Source of the DNA: an uncultured Edaphobacter sp. | Lineage (GTDB): Bacteria; Acidobacteriota; Terriglobia; Terriglobales; Acidobacteriaceae | Reading direction: 5' to 3' | DNA length: 64,000 nucleotides | Assembly: GCA_964658525.1 (NCBI GenBank) | Contig: CAZZZG010000003.1 | Coordinates: forward strand, 21,965-85,964 | Shown here: in pieces, positions 46,436 to 56,770 of the stretch | Layout of the letters: the number at the start of each line of letters is the position of its first letter | Numbering within the stretch: position 1 is the first letter of the stretch | The notes under the pieces: model-generated | Database searches by the model: none | The model's input: only the letters and a program-made list of their open reading frames with translations | What the model was told of the DNA's origin: nothing | Made by a program: the position numbers and the translations under genes

Positions 46436-47392
46436 GTGAACAAAGAGATTTGCCTTCTGGGCGAGGAGATGGGAACCAATATGCGCATTGAATATGATCC
46501 TTCTGTTTCATCGAAAACGGTGTCTTTGAAAACAATCGAGATCGATGGGCTCAACATTGCTTATCGAGAGGCCGGCGACCCTAAGAGTCCTAAACTTGTG
46601 CTCCTGCATGGCTTTCCTTCGTCGTCGCACCAGTATCGCAATCTCATGCGCGAGCTATCGGGCAGCTTTCATGTCGTTTCGCCCGATTATCCGGGTTTCG
46701 GTAACTCCGACATGCCCGATCCAAAGTCGTTCGCATACACCTTCGACAACACTGCTGCGGTCGTCACAAAATTTCTTGAGAAGACCGGCTTCACTCGGTT
46801 CGGCCTTTACGTTCAGGACTACGGCGGCCCGGTCGGCTTCCGCATTCTCGATAAGCACCCTGACTGGCTGGAATGGCTCATCATCCAGAACACCAATGCC
46901 TACGAGATCGGCTTTACTGAGGTTTGGAGCGGACTGCGGAACAACTACTGGAAGGGTCGCTCTCCTGAAGCTGAGAAAGCGATCGCCGGTTTTCTCGAGC
47001 CGCCGACTGTCCACGCTGTTTACACAACCGGGCATCCCAAACCAGAGCTCATCAGCCCCGATAACTGGAACATGGACAATCATTTTCTCGAACGCCCGAA
47101 CGCAAAGCAGGTACAGCTCGACTTCTTCTATGATTATCGGACCAATGTAGAGCTTTATCCGAAGTGGCAGGCGTTCCTCAAGGATCACCAACCCAAGACG
47201 ATTATCTTTTGGGGCCAGGGTGATATCTTTTTCACGCCGGCTGGTGGTGAGGCCTTCCTCGAGATCCTGCCCAAGGCGGAAATGCATCGGTTGAACTCAG
47301 GTCACTTCGCTGTTGAGGATTGCCTGGACTATATCGCGAAGCATATGCGGGACTTCTATCAGATGGACGTGGTCGGCTCCCAGAAACGCTGA
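46436..47392 (+). CDS. Alpha/beta hydrolase with Asp nucleophile, paralog 3
   Basis: LVLLHGFPSSSHQYRNLM...VVSPDYPGFGNS and the elbow YVQDYGGPVG. The start is uncertain (GTG 46436, ATG 46469 or ATG 46481). Confidence 0.85.
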   Translation: MNKEICLLGEEMGTNMRIEYDPSVSSKTVSLKTIEIDGLNIAYREAGDPKSPKLVLLHGFPSSSHQYRNLMRELSGSFHVVSPDYPGFGNSDMPDPKSFAYTFDNTAAVVTKFLEKTGFTRFGLYVQDYGGPVGFRILDKHPDWLEWLIIQNTNAYEIGFTEVWSGLRNNYWKGRSPEAEKAIAGFLEPPTVHAVYTTGHPKPELISPDNWNMDNHFLERPNAKQVQLDFFYDYRTNVELYPKWQAFLKDHQPKTIIFWGQGDIFFTPAGGEAFLEILPKAEMHRLNSGHFAVEDCLDYIAKHMRDFYQMDVVGSQKR

Positions 47393-47466
47393 GGAACCGG
47401 TCATTGATACATCCGCCGGGTCTTCTCTTTTATGGCCCGGCGGTACTTCAGGCTTGAGGGCTTTGC

Positions 47467-48174
47467 ATGGAATCGTGTTTTGCAGAAAGAGCAACGGTCG
47501 TCCTGGTTCACGGCCCCTGGCTCGATGCAGGGATGTGGAATAGCGTGATTCTTCCGCTTCAACAACATGGTCTTCAGGTCGTTGCTGTCCAACTTCCTCT
47601 TACGTCGTTCGAGGATGATTTAGCGGCGATCGAACGAACGTTGGAGCTGACAGACGGTCCGCTTATGCTAGTGGGACATTCCTATTCCGGCGCCCTCATT
47701 GCAAACGCAGCACTACGCTCAGAGCTTGTCCAGGCTCTGGTATTCATTTCCGCGATTACTCCGGATAGCAATGAGACCGTAGCGGATATATTGAAATGGG
47801 ATCTCTCGCCCGCGGAATCGCCACGAATGATAGCGGATCGACACGGATTCATCTGGATGTCTGAATCTGAATTCAAGACATTGCTCGCTCCCCATGCAGC
47901 TGCGCACCAATGGGCTCTCATGACCGCCGCACAAAAGCCGATCTCAGTACGATGCCTCAACGGTGGTATTCCGAATCCTTCCTGGCAGCGTCTTCCATCT
48001 AGCTACTTGATCGCGGATCAGGATCATGTTCTTAGCGCAAGGACGCAGAGAATGATGGCGCAGAGGATGAACGCGCACATTTATACCCATCCCCTCGACT
48101 ACGCCGCAGCCATGACCGAACCCGAAGTGGTGTTGGACGTTATTCTCGAAGCTGCTCACGAACATCTGACTTAG
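47467..48174 (+). CDS. Alpha/beta hydrolase (Ser nucleophile)
   Basis: VVLVHGPWLDAGMW... and the elbow LVGHSYSGALI. Confidence 0.75.
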   Translation: MESCFAERATVVLVHGPWLDAGMWNSVILPLQQHGLQVVAVQLPLTSFEDDLAAIERTLELTDGPLMLVGHSYSGALIANAALRSELVQALVFISAITPDSNETVADILKWDLSPAESPRMIADRHGFIWMSESEFKTLLAPHAAAHQWALMTAAQKPISVRCLNGGIPNPSWQRLPSSYLIADQDHVLSARTQRMMAQRMNAHIYTHPLDYAAAMTEPEVVLDVILEAAHEHLT

Positions 48175-48279
48175 CAAACAGTTCCAGCTTGCGGCAGCCG
48201 ACTCGTCTGTATAAGGGCGCCTAAGCTTTGTTCCAGGGCAACACAACAGCCATTAAATAACTCTGCGGATATCTCTCCC

Positions 48280-49983
48280 ATGTACGAAGAACTAAACAAC
48301 GCGCTACCAGCATCGAGTGTTCCTCCCTTCCGACCCGATCTTGCCTACCCCGACCTCACATACGAGATGCTCGACCGGCTACGAGCATATGGAACGGTAG
48401 AAGCTGTCCCCGATCGAACAACGCTCTTTGGGCGCGATGAACGTCAGGTCGATATGTTCGTCATCATCGAGGGCAGCATAGAGGTTTACACGCGGGCTGA
48501 GCAAAATCACGAGTGTTTCCTGCAATTGCTCATCCCACGACAGTTCTCAGGAGAGCTGGATCTGTTTAACGACCGGCGGACACTGACCGGATGTCGAACC
48601 AAGGGCGATAGTCTCTTGATTCGGATCACTCGCCCACAGCTTCAACACCTCATGCGCGCTGAAGGCGATATCGCAAATCTGATCATGCAGGCTACGATCT
48701 GGCGCAAGCTGCGATTGATCGAAGAACAAAAGGGTGGTGTCATCCTTGTCGGTCAGCCAGATAATGCCGACTATCTGCTTCTGGAGAGCTTTTTCATCCG
48801 GAACGGCTACCCGCATCAAACGTTGGAGGTGCACCGGGATTGCCCCGCGATGCCATCTGTGGTGCTCGCTGATGGGCGTGTCCTTCAGAAAACAGCAATT
48901 GCCACGCTGGCAGATGATCTTGGAATCACTGAACTCCCCGATCCGAAGTCTGTTTACGATGTGACTGTCGTTGGTGCTGGACCTGCCGGCCTCGCGGCTG
49001 CGGTTTACGCAGCCTCTGAAGGGCTTTCAACGCTCGTGATTGAAGGCATCGCCCCGGGCGGACAAGCCGGCACCAGCTCCAAAATAGAAAACTATCTGGG
49101 TTTTCCAACCGGAATCTCCGGCCAACGCCTTGGGCATCGCGCCCATGTTCAGGCACTTAAGTTTGGTGTTCGCTTTGTCATTTCGAGAAATGCAATCTCG
49201 GTGCGCCCCAATGGTGGACTTCACACACTTTTACTCGAAGGCGGCCTTGAAGTGCAGACTCGCTCTCGTCGTCGCGAGCGGCGCAAGGTATCGGAGACTC
49301 AATCTCGACAACTACCTTCGCTTCGAGAACCAAGGGATCTATTACGCCGCAACCGCAATAGAATCGCTCCTGTGCAGGGATCACGAGGTGATCGTTGTAG
49401 GCGGGGGAAACTCCGCTGGGCAAGCTGCGGCGTTTCTCGCGGGCGTTTCTGCTCACGTGCACTTGATTTTTGGGCGAAATCACTAGCGAAAACCATGTCT
49501 CAGTATTTAGTCTCGCGAATTGAAAGCTCTGCGCGCGTCACACTTCACGTTAGCAGTGAGATCGAGAGACTTGACGGAGATGGAAAACTCGACGGCGTCT
49601 CCTGGGTCGATCGGAGATCAGGCGCGAGAACGACCCGGCCAATCAAAAACGTGTTCGTTATGATCGGAGCCGAGCCCAACACGGGATGGCTCTTCGGAAC
49701 CTTGCGACTCGACCGCGAGGGGTTCGTGGTAACGGGCGAGTCGACAGGCTTTGAGAACTCACGTTACGCGACCAGCGTTGCAGGAATATTCGCTGTCGGG
49801 GATGTGCGTTCGACCTCCGTAAAACGTGTCGCCTCTGCAGTAGGGGAAGGCTCGGTTGTTGTCTCGAACGATCATCGCTACCTCGCTGACCATCGTGACC
49901 TGGTAGCCACTGTCCCCGATTCCGCGCTGGCTGCGATACAGTCGGCAAGTAGCTTACCTCACGACAATGAGGTGAGCCTATGA
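48280..49983 (+). pseudogene. Cyclic-nucleotide-binding domain / thioredoxin-reductase-like fusion with an internal out-of-frame segment (two compensating frameshifts)
   Basis: cNMP domain (FVIIEGSIEVY...FSGELDLF), then FAD motif VTVVGAGPAGLAAAVYAASEG. Between about 49258 and 49473 the long ORF reads QTRSRRRERRKVSETQSRQ... The +1 frame (track ORF 49130..49486) holds the expected LALVVASGARYRRLNLDNYLRFENQGIYYAATAIE..CRDHEVIVVGGGNSAGQAAAFLAGVSAHVHLIF. The original frame resumes at SLAKTMSQYLVSRIE...GIFAVGDVRS. Confidence 0.75.
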
Positions 49984-50327
49984 CGGTCAAAATCAAGCGA
50001 ATCTATGAAGTTCCCGATGTGGAAGATGGCACGCGGATTCTCGTAGATAGGCTCTGGCCGAGAGGCGTCAAGAAGGAAGATGCCCGGATCGATTTATGGC
50101 TCAAGGACATAGGTCCAAGCTCTGATTTACGCAAGTGGTTCGGGCATGATCCAAAACGCTGGCCGCAGTTCAGGGCAAAGTATATTCAGGAACTCGGGTT
50201 CAAAAAGCGGGACCTGTCAGTCATCATTCGCGCTGCGACCGAAGGCCCAGTCACGCTCATCTACGCTGCCAGGGACGAAAGCCGTAACCAAGTGGTGATC
50301 CTCCAGGAAATCGTGAGCCGGGCTTGA
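49980..50327 (+). CDS. DUF488 protein
   Basis: IKRIYEVPDVEDGTRILVDRLWPRGVKKEDARIDLWLKDIGPSSDLRKWFGHDPKRW matches the DUF488 consensus. An ATGA overlap links it to the preceding gene. Confidence 0.8.
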   Translation: MTVKIKRIYEVPDVEDGTRILVDRLWPRGVKKEDARIDLWLKDIGPSSDLRKWFGHDPKRWPQFRAKYIQELGFKKRDLSVIIRAATEGPVTLIYAARDESRNQVVILQEIVSRA

Positions 50328-50926
50328 AAACGAGGCCAAGTTCCACACAGATCGTGCCGCGTTCGTTCTACGCTCGCTCACCCAAGATCGTCGCGAGGAA
50401 TCTGATCGGAAAGGTCTTGATCCATGATCTGAATGGGGAACGACTGATCGGACGCATCATTGAGACCGAGGCCTATCTTGGTTTGGCCGATCCCGCCTCC
50501 CATGCGTTTCGGGGAGAGACTCCGGCCAATGCAGTATTGTTCGGCCCACCTGGCTTTACACATGTCTATCTGATCTATGGGATCAATGATTGTCTAAGCA
50601 TTTCGAGCCATCTCGATGGGAAGGCTGGCGGTGTCTTGCTTCGTGCCCTGGACCCGATTTCTGGCTTGGAGACCATGACACGATTACGTGGACTATCGGG
50701 AACACAAAATGCAACGGCGCTCACGGGAGGGCCGGGGATACTTTGCAAGGCTCTTGGGATTAACCGCAAGCATCACAATAATATGGACGTGACTGATAGC
50801 GATTCTCCGATTCGAATTCTCGACGATGGGCATCGTCAGAACAAGATACAAACTTCGATTCGAATCGGAATCACTAAAGCCACAGAAGAACTTCTCAGAT
50901 TCAGGGCGATCGTCGAAAAACCATGA
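50324..50926 (+). CDS. mpg: DNA-3-methyladenine glycosylase (MPG/AAG family)
   Basis: FYARSPKIVARNLIGKVLIH...GRIIETEAYLGLADPASHAFRGETPANAVLFGPPGFTHVYLIYGINDCL...LLRALDP. Confidence 0.85.
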   Translation: MKTRPSSTQIVPRSFYARSPKIVARNLIGKVLIHDLNGERLIGRIIETEAYLGLADPASHAFRGETPANAVLFGPPGFTHVYLIYGINDCLSISSHLDGKAGGVLLRALDPISGLETMTRLRGLSGTQNATALTGGPGILCKALGINRKHHNNMDVTDSDSPIRILDDGHRQNKIQTSIRIGITKATEELLRFRAIVEKP

Positions 50927-51017
50927 GAACGGAGAATCGCACTTTCGTCCTCTCATTCTCAGACATGCATGCCAATAGAAACAGGTTAGACCCGGCTCTA
51001 ACCCCGAATCCAACACG

Positions 51018-51839
51018 CTATTCAAACTTTGCAAAGATTTCGTTCAGCTGACCGCCGGAGGTCGCGCCTCCTAAACCGTCGAAAGATCCTGCCTTGAGTT
51101 TTTCACTCGCCGCAACCATGGCTCCCCATCCTGATAACGAAAGAGCACCACCTACACTGATTCTGCGAACGCCGAGGTCCTCCAATTCCCTTGCCGTCGT
51201 GCCCGGTCCCATAACGAGAACATTGACAGGTTTGGGCGCTACCGCTTTCACCATCGCGATGATGTCTTCTTTCTTGCCGACGCCAGGAGCGTACAGGCAG
51301 TCGGCTCCGGCGGCTGCGAACGCAACCAGTTTATCGATAGCTTTCGTGATGGCTCCAGAGTCGATGAGTAGCCCCTCGGTCCGTGCTACCAGGATGACAT
51401 CCTCACCTGTCGCATCAATCGCAGAACGAGCGGCCTGAATTCTGGCAACGGATTGAGACACGTCGTAAAGATTGGAGAGATCCCCCATCTTGCGATCTTC
51501 GATCGAAACACCCGCGATACCTGTCCCGACCGCAAGTTTTACGTTTGCCGCGACGCCATCCGGCTCTGCAGCGAATCCGGATTCGAAGTCTGCATTGACT
51601 GGAAGATCGGTCGCATCGCAGAGCGATTTTAAGTGGCCTAATACGTTGTCCATGGTCATCGCATAGTCGGGTTTGCCCATTGTCCAAGCAAAGCCTGTGC
51701 TTGTTGAAGCGAGTGCGGAAAAGCCCAGATGTTGGAGGACACGCGCGCTTCCGACATCCCATGGGTTGGGCAGAATGAAGCAGCCATCTTTGTGAAGAGC
51801 GCGAAACACTGCGCGTTTTTTGGCGGTTGTTTCTTTCAT
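51018..51839 (-). CDS. Isocitrate lyase/PEP mutase-family enzyme (2-methylisocitrate lyase-like)
   Basis: FILPNPWDVGSARVLQHLGFSALASTS...NADFESGF...GIAGVSIEDR fits the family. Confidence 0.75.
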   Translation of the reverse strand: MKETTAKKRAVFRALHKDGCFILPNPWDVGSARVLQHLGFSALASTSTGFAWTMGKPDYAMTMDNVLGHLKSLCDATDLPVNADFESGFAAEPDGVAANVKLAVGTGIAGVSIEDRKMGDLSNLYDVSQSVARIQAARSAIDATGEDVILVARTEGLLIDSGAITKAIDKLVAFAAAGADCLYAPGVGKKEDIIAMVKAVAPKPVNVLVMGPGTTARELEDLGVRRISVGGALSLSGWGAMVAASEKLKAGSFDGLGGATSGGQLNEIFAKFE

Positions 51840-51930
51840 TGGGATCTCCTTGATTCGGTGTGAGGAACGATTGAATTTCGGCTCAAATGTAGCTGCTGAT
51901 ACGCGTTAGCAAATGCAGGCAGCGATGGGT

Positions 51931-52521
51931 TTATTGCTTTGTGACTTTTGCTTCACGGTCGACCATAGGACGTTGTCGATCATTTCCACGGTTCGGGCTA
52001 AAGGAGAGCGCACGTTCCTTATGCAGGACTCGATGGCAGGGAACGGCAAATGCAAAGGGATTGATCGAGCACGCATTGGCAACGGCGCGTATAGCTTTCG
52101 GGGCGCCAATGGAACGAGCAAGATCGGTGTAGGTTGTCGTTTCACCTATCTTTATCTTGCGCACAGCCCGCCATACCTTTCTCTGGAACTCTGTACCTCG
52201 CAGATCCAGATCGAAACTTACGTCCTCTTCTGCTGATTCGATGTAGTTGATTAGCTGTGAAGTCTCCGTTGCGTGCCTCTGATCGTCACGAACCAGATGT
52301 GCCTTGGGGAATCGCGTACGAAGATCATCAATCACCACGGTCGGCGATCCGCCGATCAGAACAGCAACCACTCCTTTGTCGCCGGTAGCGACGAGAACGT
52401 GTCCCAAACTTGATTTCGCGATTCCATAGGTGAGCGACTCGTAATCGTTATTTCGATGGCTCCCTTGGGTCTGTTTGCTGGTCGGCTCCTGTGCATTCGA
52501 CACCGCTCTACGCTTTTGCAT
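51931..52521 (-). CDS. ogt: Methylated-DNA--protein-cysteine methyltransferase
   Basis: DLRGTEFQRKVWRAVRKIKIGETTTYTDLARSIGAPKAIRAVANACSINPFAFAVPCHRV. Confidence 0.85.
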   Translation of the reverse strand: MQKRRAVSNAQEPTSKQTQGSHRNNDYESLTYGIAKSSLGHVLVATGDKGVVAVLIGGSPTVVIDDLRTRFPKAHLVRDDQRHATETSQLINYIESAEEDVSFDLDLRGTEFQRKVWRAVRKIKIGETTTYTDLARSIGAPKAIRAVANACSINPFAFAVPCHRVLHKERALSFSPNRGNDRQRPMVDREAKVTKQ

Positions 52522-52723
52522 GGTCCAGATTCTCCCTTCTTTTGAGAGCTTGGATTGGAGTGCTGACGAATGAAATAGGTGACAAATTATTTCACTGTCT
52601 TAGGGTTTTGTTTGAAGCTTTCGGCCGCTTGTAGGGGCGGCGCGAATAAACATAAGTGTGCTCGTGGGGTGTCGAGCAATTCGCGGTCACTAGCGCGCGA
52701 TCGGCAGCTACCGGACCTGACAC

Positions 52724-53716
52724 CTAGTCTATTCCTAAGACAACACTTCCCCCCGCCAGGCCCGCTCCCGCTGTAGTCAAAAGAAGCCGTTCACCGCTGG
52801 CGAAAGGCCGACTTATGTTCGATAGGGACAGGGATAACGGTATTGTAGCTGCGGAAGAGTTTCCGAATTCTTCAATCGTGTGGACCGTTTTGCTGCTTGC
52901 AATACCGAGGTTTTCACAAACAGCGTCGAAGATACGGATATTGGCCTGATGTGGAACGAAACGATCGACCTCTGCCGCAGCGATATCTGCCTGTTGCATG
53001 GCGCGCATAGAGCATTTCGTCATCATGCGTACTGCCTGGGAGAAAACTGATCTGCCATCCCTCATCGTCATCAATAACTCTCGCGGGTCCATGCCTTCAA
53101 TAAAAGGTCTCCTGCTCCCGCCGGCAGGAATGGAGATCAGATCGTAGTGGCTTCCGTCAGCAGCCAGATCGACCCCGAGCAACCCACTCCCTGCAGAATC
53201 CGAAGGTGCCAGGAGGACCGCCCCGGCAGCGTCTGCAAAGAGGATGGCGCTTCCCTGCTCCTCGGGATTGATTCGTCGGCTCAATATGTTCGCTGCGACG
53301 ATGAGTACGGGCTTACCCTGTGTCCTCACAAACCCATCTGCCAGGGTCAGAGCGTAGAGAAACCCGGAGCAAGCACCGGTGAGATCGAGCGCACCCGAGT
53401 TTGGAAGGCCCAGACGATGGGACAGCAAAGGAGCGGATGGAGGCAGAAGGTGGTCAGGAGTGGAGGTTGCCAGAAGCGTTAGACCCACATCGGCTCGCGC
53501 TATACCAGCATTGTCAATTGCCATGGCTCCCGCTTCGACAGCCAGGTCCGTCAGCGCCTGGTGAGGAGCCGCCCAGCGCCTCGCCCGGATGCCCGTGCGC
53601 CTCTCGATCCAACCGGCCTCGAGACCAAGTCTCGTTTCAATCTCTTCATTCTCAACACGCCTTTCCGGAACGTAGTGGCCCAGACCAGCAATGCGGCTCG
53701 ATCGGACTAGCATCAT
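52724..53716 (-). CDS. KAS III (FabH-like) condensing enzyme, last gene of the bio operon; candidate BioZ
   Basis: The Cys-His-Asn triad is kept ([30 protein letters not shown]). Its start overlaps the bioA stop by 4 nt. Confidence 0.8.
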   Translation of the reverse strand: MMLVRSSRIAGLGHYVPERRVENEEIETRLGLEAGWIERRTGIRARRWAAPHQALTDLAVEAGAMAIDNAGIARADVGLTLLATSTPDHLLPPSAPLLSHRLGLPNSGALDLTGACSGFLYALTLADGFVRTQGKPVLIVAANILSRRINPEEQGSAILFADAAGAVLLAPSDSAGSGLLGVDLAADGSHYDLISIPAGGSRRPFIEGMDPRELLMTMRDGRSVFSQAVRMMTKCSMRAMQQADIAAAEVDRFVPHQANIRIFDAVCENLGIASSKTVHTIEEFGNSSAATIPLSLSLSNISRPFASGERLLLTTAGAGLAGGSVVLGID

Positions 53717-54990
53717 TTATTTGCCTTGCGAATCATGTCAGCGCCTTCGTCGATCGCCGCATAGGCACGATCGAGTTCGTTTGGAACCACGCAGTAGGGT
53801 GTCATGAGGTAAATCACATTTCCGAGTGGACGTATGAGCAGATCTCGGTCTCGGAAGAAGCGTCTGAGCTTTGGCCCGACGTCCGAGAGATAACCTGCAG
53901 TCGAGACGTCGAGATCGAGGGCAGCGATGGTTCCAGTTTGCCGGACGTTAGCAAACCGCGGATCAGTCCGGAATGGTTCTAACCGTTCCTTGTGCAGGCG
54001 CGCCAGTTCCTCGATGCGTTGTACAACTGGCTCGGTCTGCCAGACCTTGAGATTCGCTACGGCTGCAGCACAGGCAATGGGGTTTGCGGTGTAAGAGCTC
54101 GAGTGGAAGAACATTCGGCTTCGGTCGGTGGAGAGGTGAGCATCGAAGATTTCTCGGGAACACAACGTCGCCGCCATTGGCAGCGCGCCGCCGGTGATTC
54201 CCTTGGAGGTGCAGAGGATATCCGGGCTAATAGCTGCCTGTTCACAGGCGAAGAGCGTCCCCGTTCGCCCCCAGCCGGTCATTACCTCGTCGACGATCAG
54301 CAACGTATGAAACCGCTCCGCAATTTGCTTCAGCTCGGCCATAACACGAGCCGGATACATTTTCATGCCGCCCGCGCCCAGCACCAGGGGCTCGACGAGA
54401 AGCGCCGCGATCTTTTGGTCCCTGCAGAGTCGCTCGAAAGCATCGAGCGTGTCTTGCTCCCGACCGGCCTCAGGGAATGGCACCTTGTCCACATCGAACA
54501 ACAATGCTCCATAGGGCGCATTGAAGACCCCTCGTTCTCCCGTGGACATCGTGCCAATGGTGTCACCGTGATAGCTGTGCTCCATCACAACAATGCGCGA
54601 GCGCGGGTCTCCTATGTGATCAAAAAAACCGAGTGCCATCTTCAACGCCACTTCCACCGAGGTAGAACCGCTGTCGGAGTAAAACACGTGCGCCAGACCA
54701 GGTGGCGCCACGCGGAGCAGACCCATTGCAAGTTCTTCCGCCGCCTCATGGGTGTACTCGGCGAAGATAACCTGATCGAGAGTCTCGGCTGCCACTTGAA
54801 TCGCTTCCGCAATGGCTGGATGTCGATGACGATGAGTGATGACCCACCAGGACGAGATTGCATCTAGAACCGAACGGCCGTGTTCATCGACAAGGTAAGC
54901 ACCTTCCGTCCTAACTATCTTAGTAGTTACAGGATCGAGGCCGTGCTGAGTAAATGGATGCCAAACAGGAGACCGCAAATCGGAATGCAT
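53713..54990 (-). CDS. bioA: Adenosylmethionine-8-amino-7-oxononanoate aminotransferase
   Basis: VWHPFTQH..., [39 protein letters not shown]. Confidence 0.9.
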   Translation of the reverse strand: MHSDLRSPVWHPFTQHGLDPVTTKIVRTEGAYLVDEHGRSVLDAISSWWVITHRHRHPAIAEAIQVAAETLDQVIFAEYTHEAAEELAMGLLRVAPPGLAHVFYSDSGSTSVEVALKMALGFFDHIGDPRSRIVVMEHSYHGDTIGTMSTGERGVFNAPYGALLFDVDKVPFPEAGREQDTLDAFERLCRDQKIAALLVEPLVLGAGGMKMYPARVMAELKQIAERFHTLLIVDEVMTGWGRTGTLFACEQAAISPDILCTSKGITGGALPMAATLCSREIFDAHLSTDRSRMFFHSSSYTANPIACAAAVANLKVWQTEPVVQRIEELARLHKERLEPFRTDPRFANVRQTGTIAALDLDVSTAGYLSDVGPKLRRFFRDRDLLIRPLGNVIYLMTPYCVVPNELDRAYAAIDEGADMIRKANK

Positions 54991-55628
54991 TACGTGATTG
55001 CCTCCCTGATCGCTGGGACGTCGAAGCGCTCTCGCATGGCTTGGCGTAACCCCTCCGCTGTCAGAGGATTGAGATATGGCAATCTCCCCAGAATGCGGAC
55101 ATCTCCCATCTTCTCAATCGTTTTTTGTGTATCGGGGTAACCCTCCCCAATAAATGCGACGCCAAGGACCGGAATGAGGCGAAGCCGCATAGCCTCCAGG
55201 GAAAGCAACGTATGGTTAATCGTCCCGAGACTTGTCCGGGCACATAAAATCGCCGGGATCTGCCAACGCGCAAAGACATCGGCGAAAGTATTCTGGCGGG
55301 TTAGAGGAACTAGTAGACCTCCGGCCCCTTCGATAACGAGAGGCAAGCCCGTGGTCGGCGGCTGGAGCACTTCCGGGGTGAGCATCAAACCGTCGTTCTC
55401 CGCCGACAGGTGGGGAGACACCGGGGTATTGAGCCGCCACACTTCGGGAAGAATCCGCTGAGGCGGTATATGTCCGAGCCGGGCTACAATCTCGCTGTCA
55501 GTCTCTTCATCCAGTCCGGACTGGATAGGCTTCCAATAGCAGCCACCAAGCGCGTCAGTCAGTCCAGCAGAGAACACTGTCTTGCCGATTCCTGTGTCAG
55601 TGCCAGTGATAACGATTCGCAGGCTCAT
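54990..55628 (-). CDS. bioD: Dethiobiotin synthetase
   Basis: [19 protein letters not shown]...YWKPIQSG...[17 protein letters not shown] overlap links it to bioA. Confidence 0.9.
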   Translation of the reverse strand: MSLRIVITGTDTGIGKTVFSAGLTDALGGCYWKPIQSGLDEETDSEIVARLGHIPPQRILPEVWRLNTPVSPHLSAENDGLMLTPEVLQPPTTGLPLVIEGAGGLLVPLTRQNTFADVFARWQIPAILCARTSLGTINHTLLSLEAMRLRLIPVLGVAFIGEGYPDTQKTIEKMGDVRILGRLPYLNPLTAEGLRQAMRERFDVPAIREAIT

Positions 55629-56770
55629 TGCTGGGTTTCCGCGATCACCGTTGCCAGACGATCGAACATACGAGAAATGGTTGACAGATCCACGTTGAGT
55701 GTCACGGAGACTCGCAGCCGAGCGGTATTTGCTGGAACTGTCGGGGGACGAATGGCTCGAATGTCGAATCCATCCGCCTGCATCTGCTCCGCGACGCGTA
55801 AAGTACGAGCATTGTCGCCGAGGATGACTGGCAGAATCTGAGAGCCGCTAGATTCGCGTCCGAGAACACTGAGGACCTTCTCATTCGCGCAAGCGATCAT
55901 GCTGTGGAGCTTTCGTCGCCGCTCCGGTTCGTCAGACAGGACCTTCAGCGCTTCACGTACCACCGCCGCCATAAGTGGAGAAGGGGCAGTGGCGTAGATG
56001 AAGGGTCGTGCGTGGTTGATAAGGTGGTCACACAATATGCCACTTGCTCCTACAAGCGCACCCTCCGCCCCAAGTGCTTTCCCGCAGGTGTGAAGTACGA
56101 CGACGTTGTCCCGGCCTTCCAGTTCGGCGGCAAAACCGCGACCGTCTGTGCCGTGAACGCCTGTTGCATGTGCTTCATCGACGAAGAGAAATCCGTCATA
56201 CCTATCGGCTAATTCCATTAGCCCGGCAAGCGGAGCCTTGTCACCATCCATCGAATAAAGACTTTCAACGACGATCCAGGGATGCCCCTTGCCGTCCGCC
56301 TGCCGCCATTTACGAATGACATCTTCCGTCGCATCGAGATCGTTGTGTGGCACACTCGCCGACGAACTCCGCCCGGCCGTTATCCCTGCGTGTGCGCTAG
56401 CGTGGATCAATTCGTCGTAGACAATCAGGTCATTGCGCTGCGGCAGCGTGGCAAGAACCGCGAGATTGGCTGCATAGCCGCTCCCGAAATACATCATGCG
56501 TTCGGAACGGAAGAAGGTGGCAGCTTCTGCCTCCAGCATCTCGTGCTCGGAATGATTGCCGCGAAGGAGTCGCGATCCGCCCGCTCCAACAGGAACGCCT
56601 CGTTCGAGTGCCGAGACTACGCTCTCGCGCAGCCTCTGCGATTCGGCAAGGCCAAGGTAATCGTTCGAGGTGAAGTCCTTGCCTTGTTGTGCAGAAAGCT
56701 TGCGACGCCTTCCCTTCCGTTCGAGCTGATTCAGTATGGCCTCATAGCGACCCATTAGCTGCTTCATCAT
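55625..56770 (-). CDS. bioF: 8-amino-7-oxononanoate synthase
   Basis: [24 protein letters not shown] and HTCGKALG (PLP Lys). It has 4-nt overlaps on both sides. Confidence 0.9.
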   Translation of the reverse strand: MMKQLMGRYEAILNQLERKGRRRKLSAQQGKDFTSNDYLGLAESQRLRESVVSALERGVPVGAGGSRLLRGNHSEHEMLEAEAATFFRSERMMYFGSGYAANLAVLATLPQRNDLIVYDELIHASAHAGITAGRSSSASVPHNDLDATEDVIRKWRQADGKGHPWIVVESLYSMDGDKAPLAGLMELADRYDGFLFVDEAHATGVHGTDGRGFAAELEGRDNVVVLHTCGKALGAEGALVGASGILCDHLINHARPFIYATAPSPLMAAVVREALKVLSDEPERRRKLHSMIACANEKVLSVLGRESSGSQILPVILGDNARTLRVAEQMQADGFDIRAIRPPTVPANTARLRVSVTLNVDLSTISRMFDRLATVIAETQQ

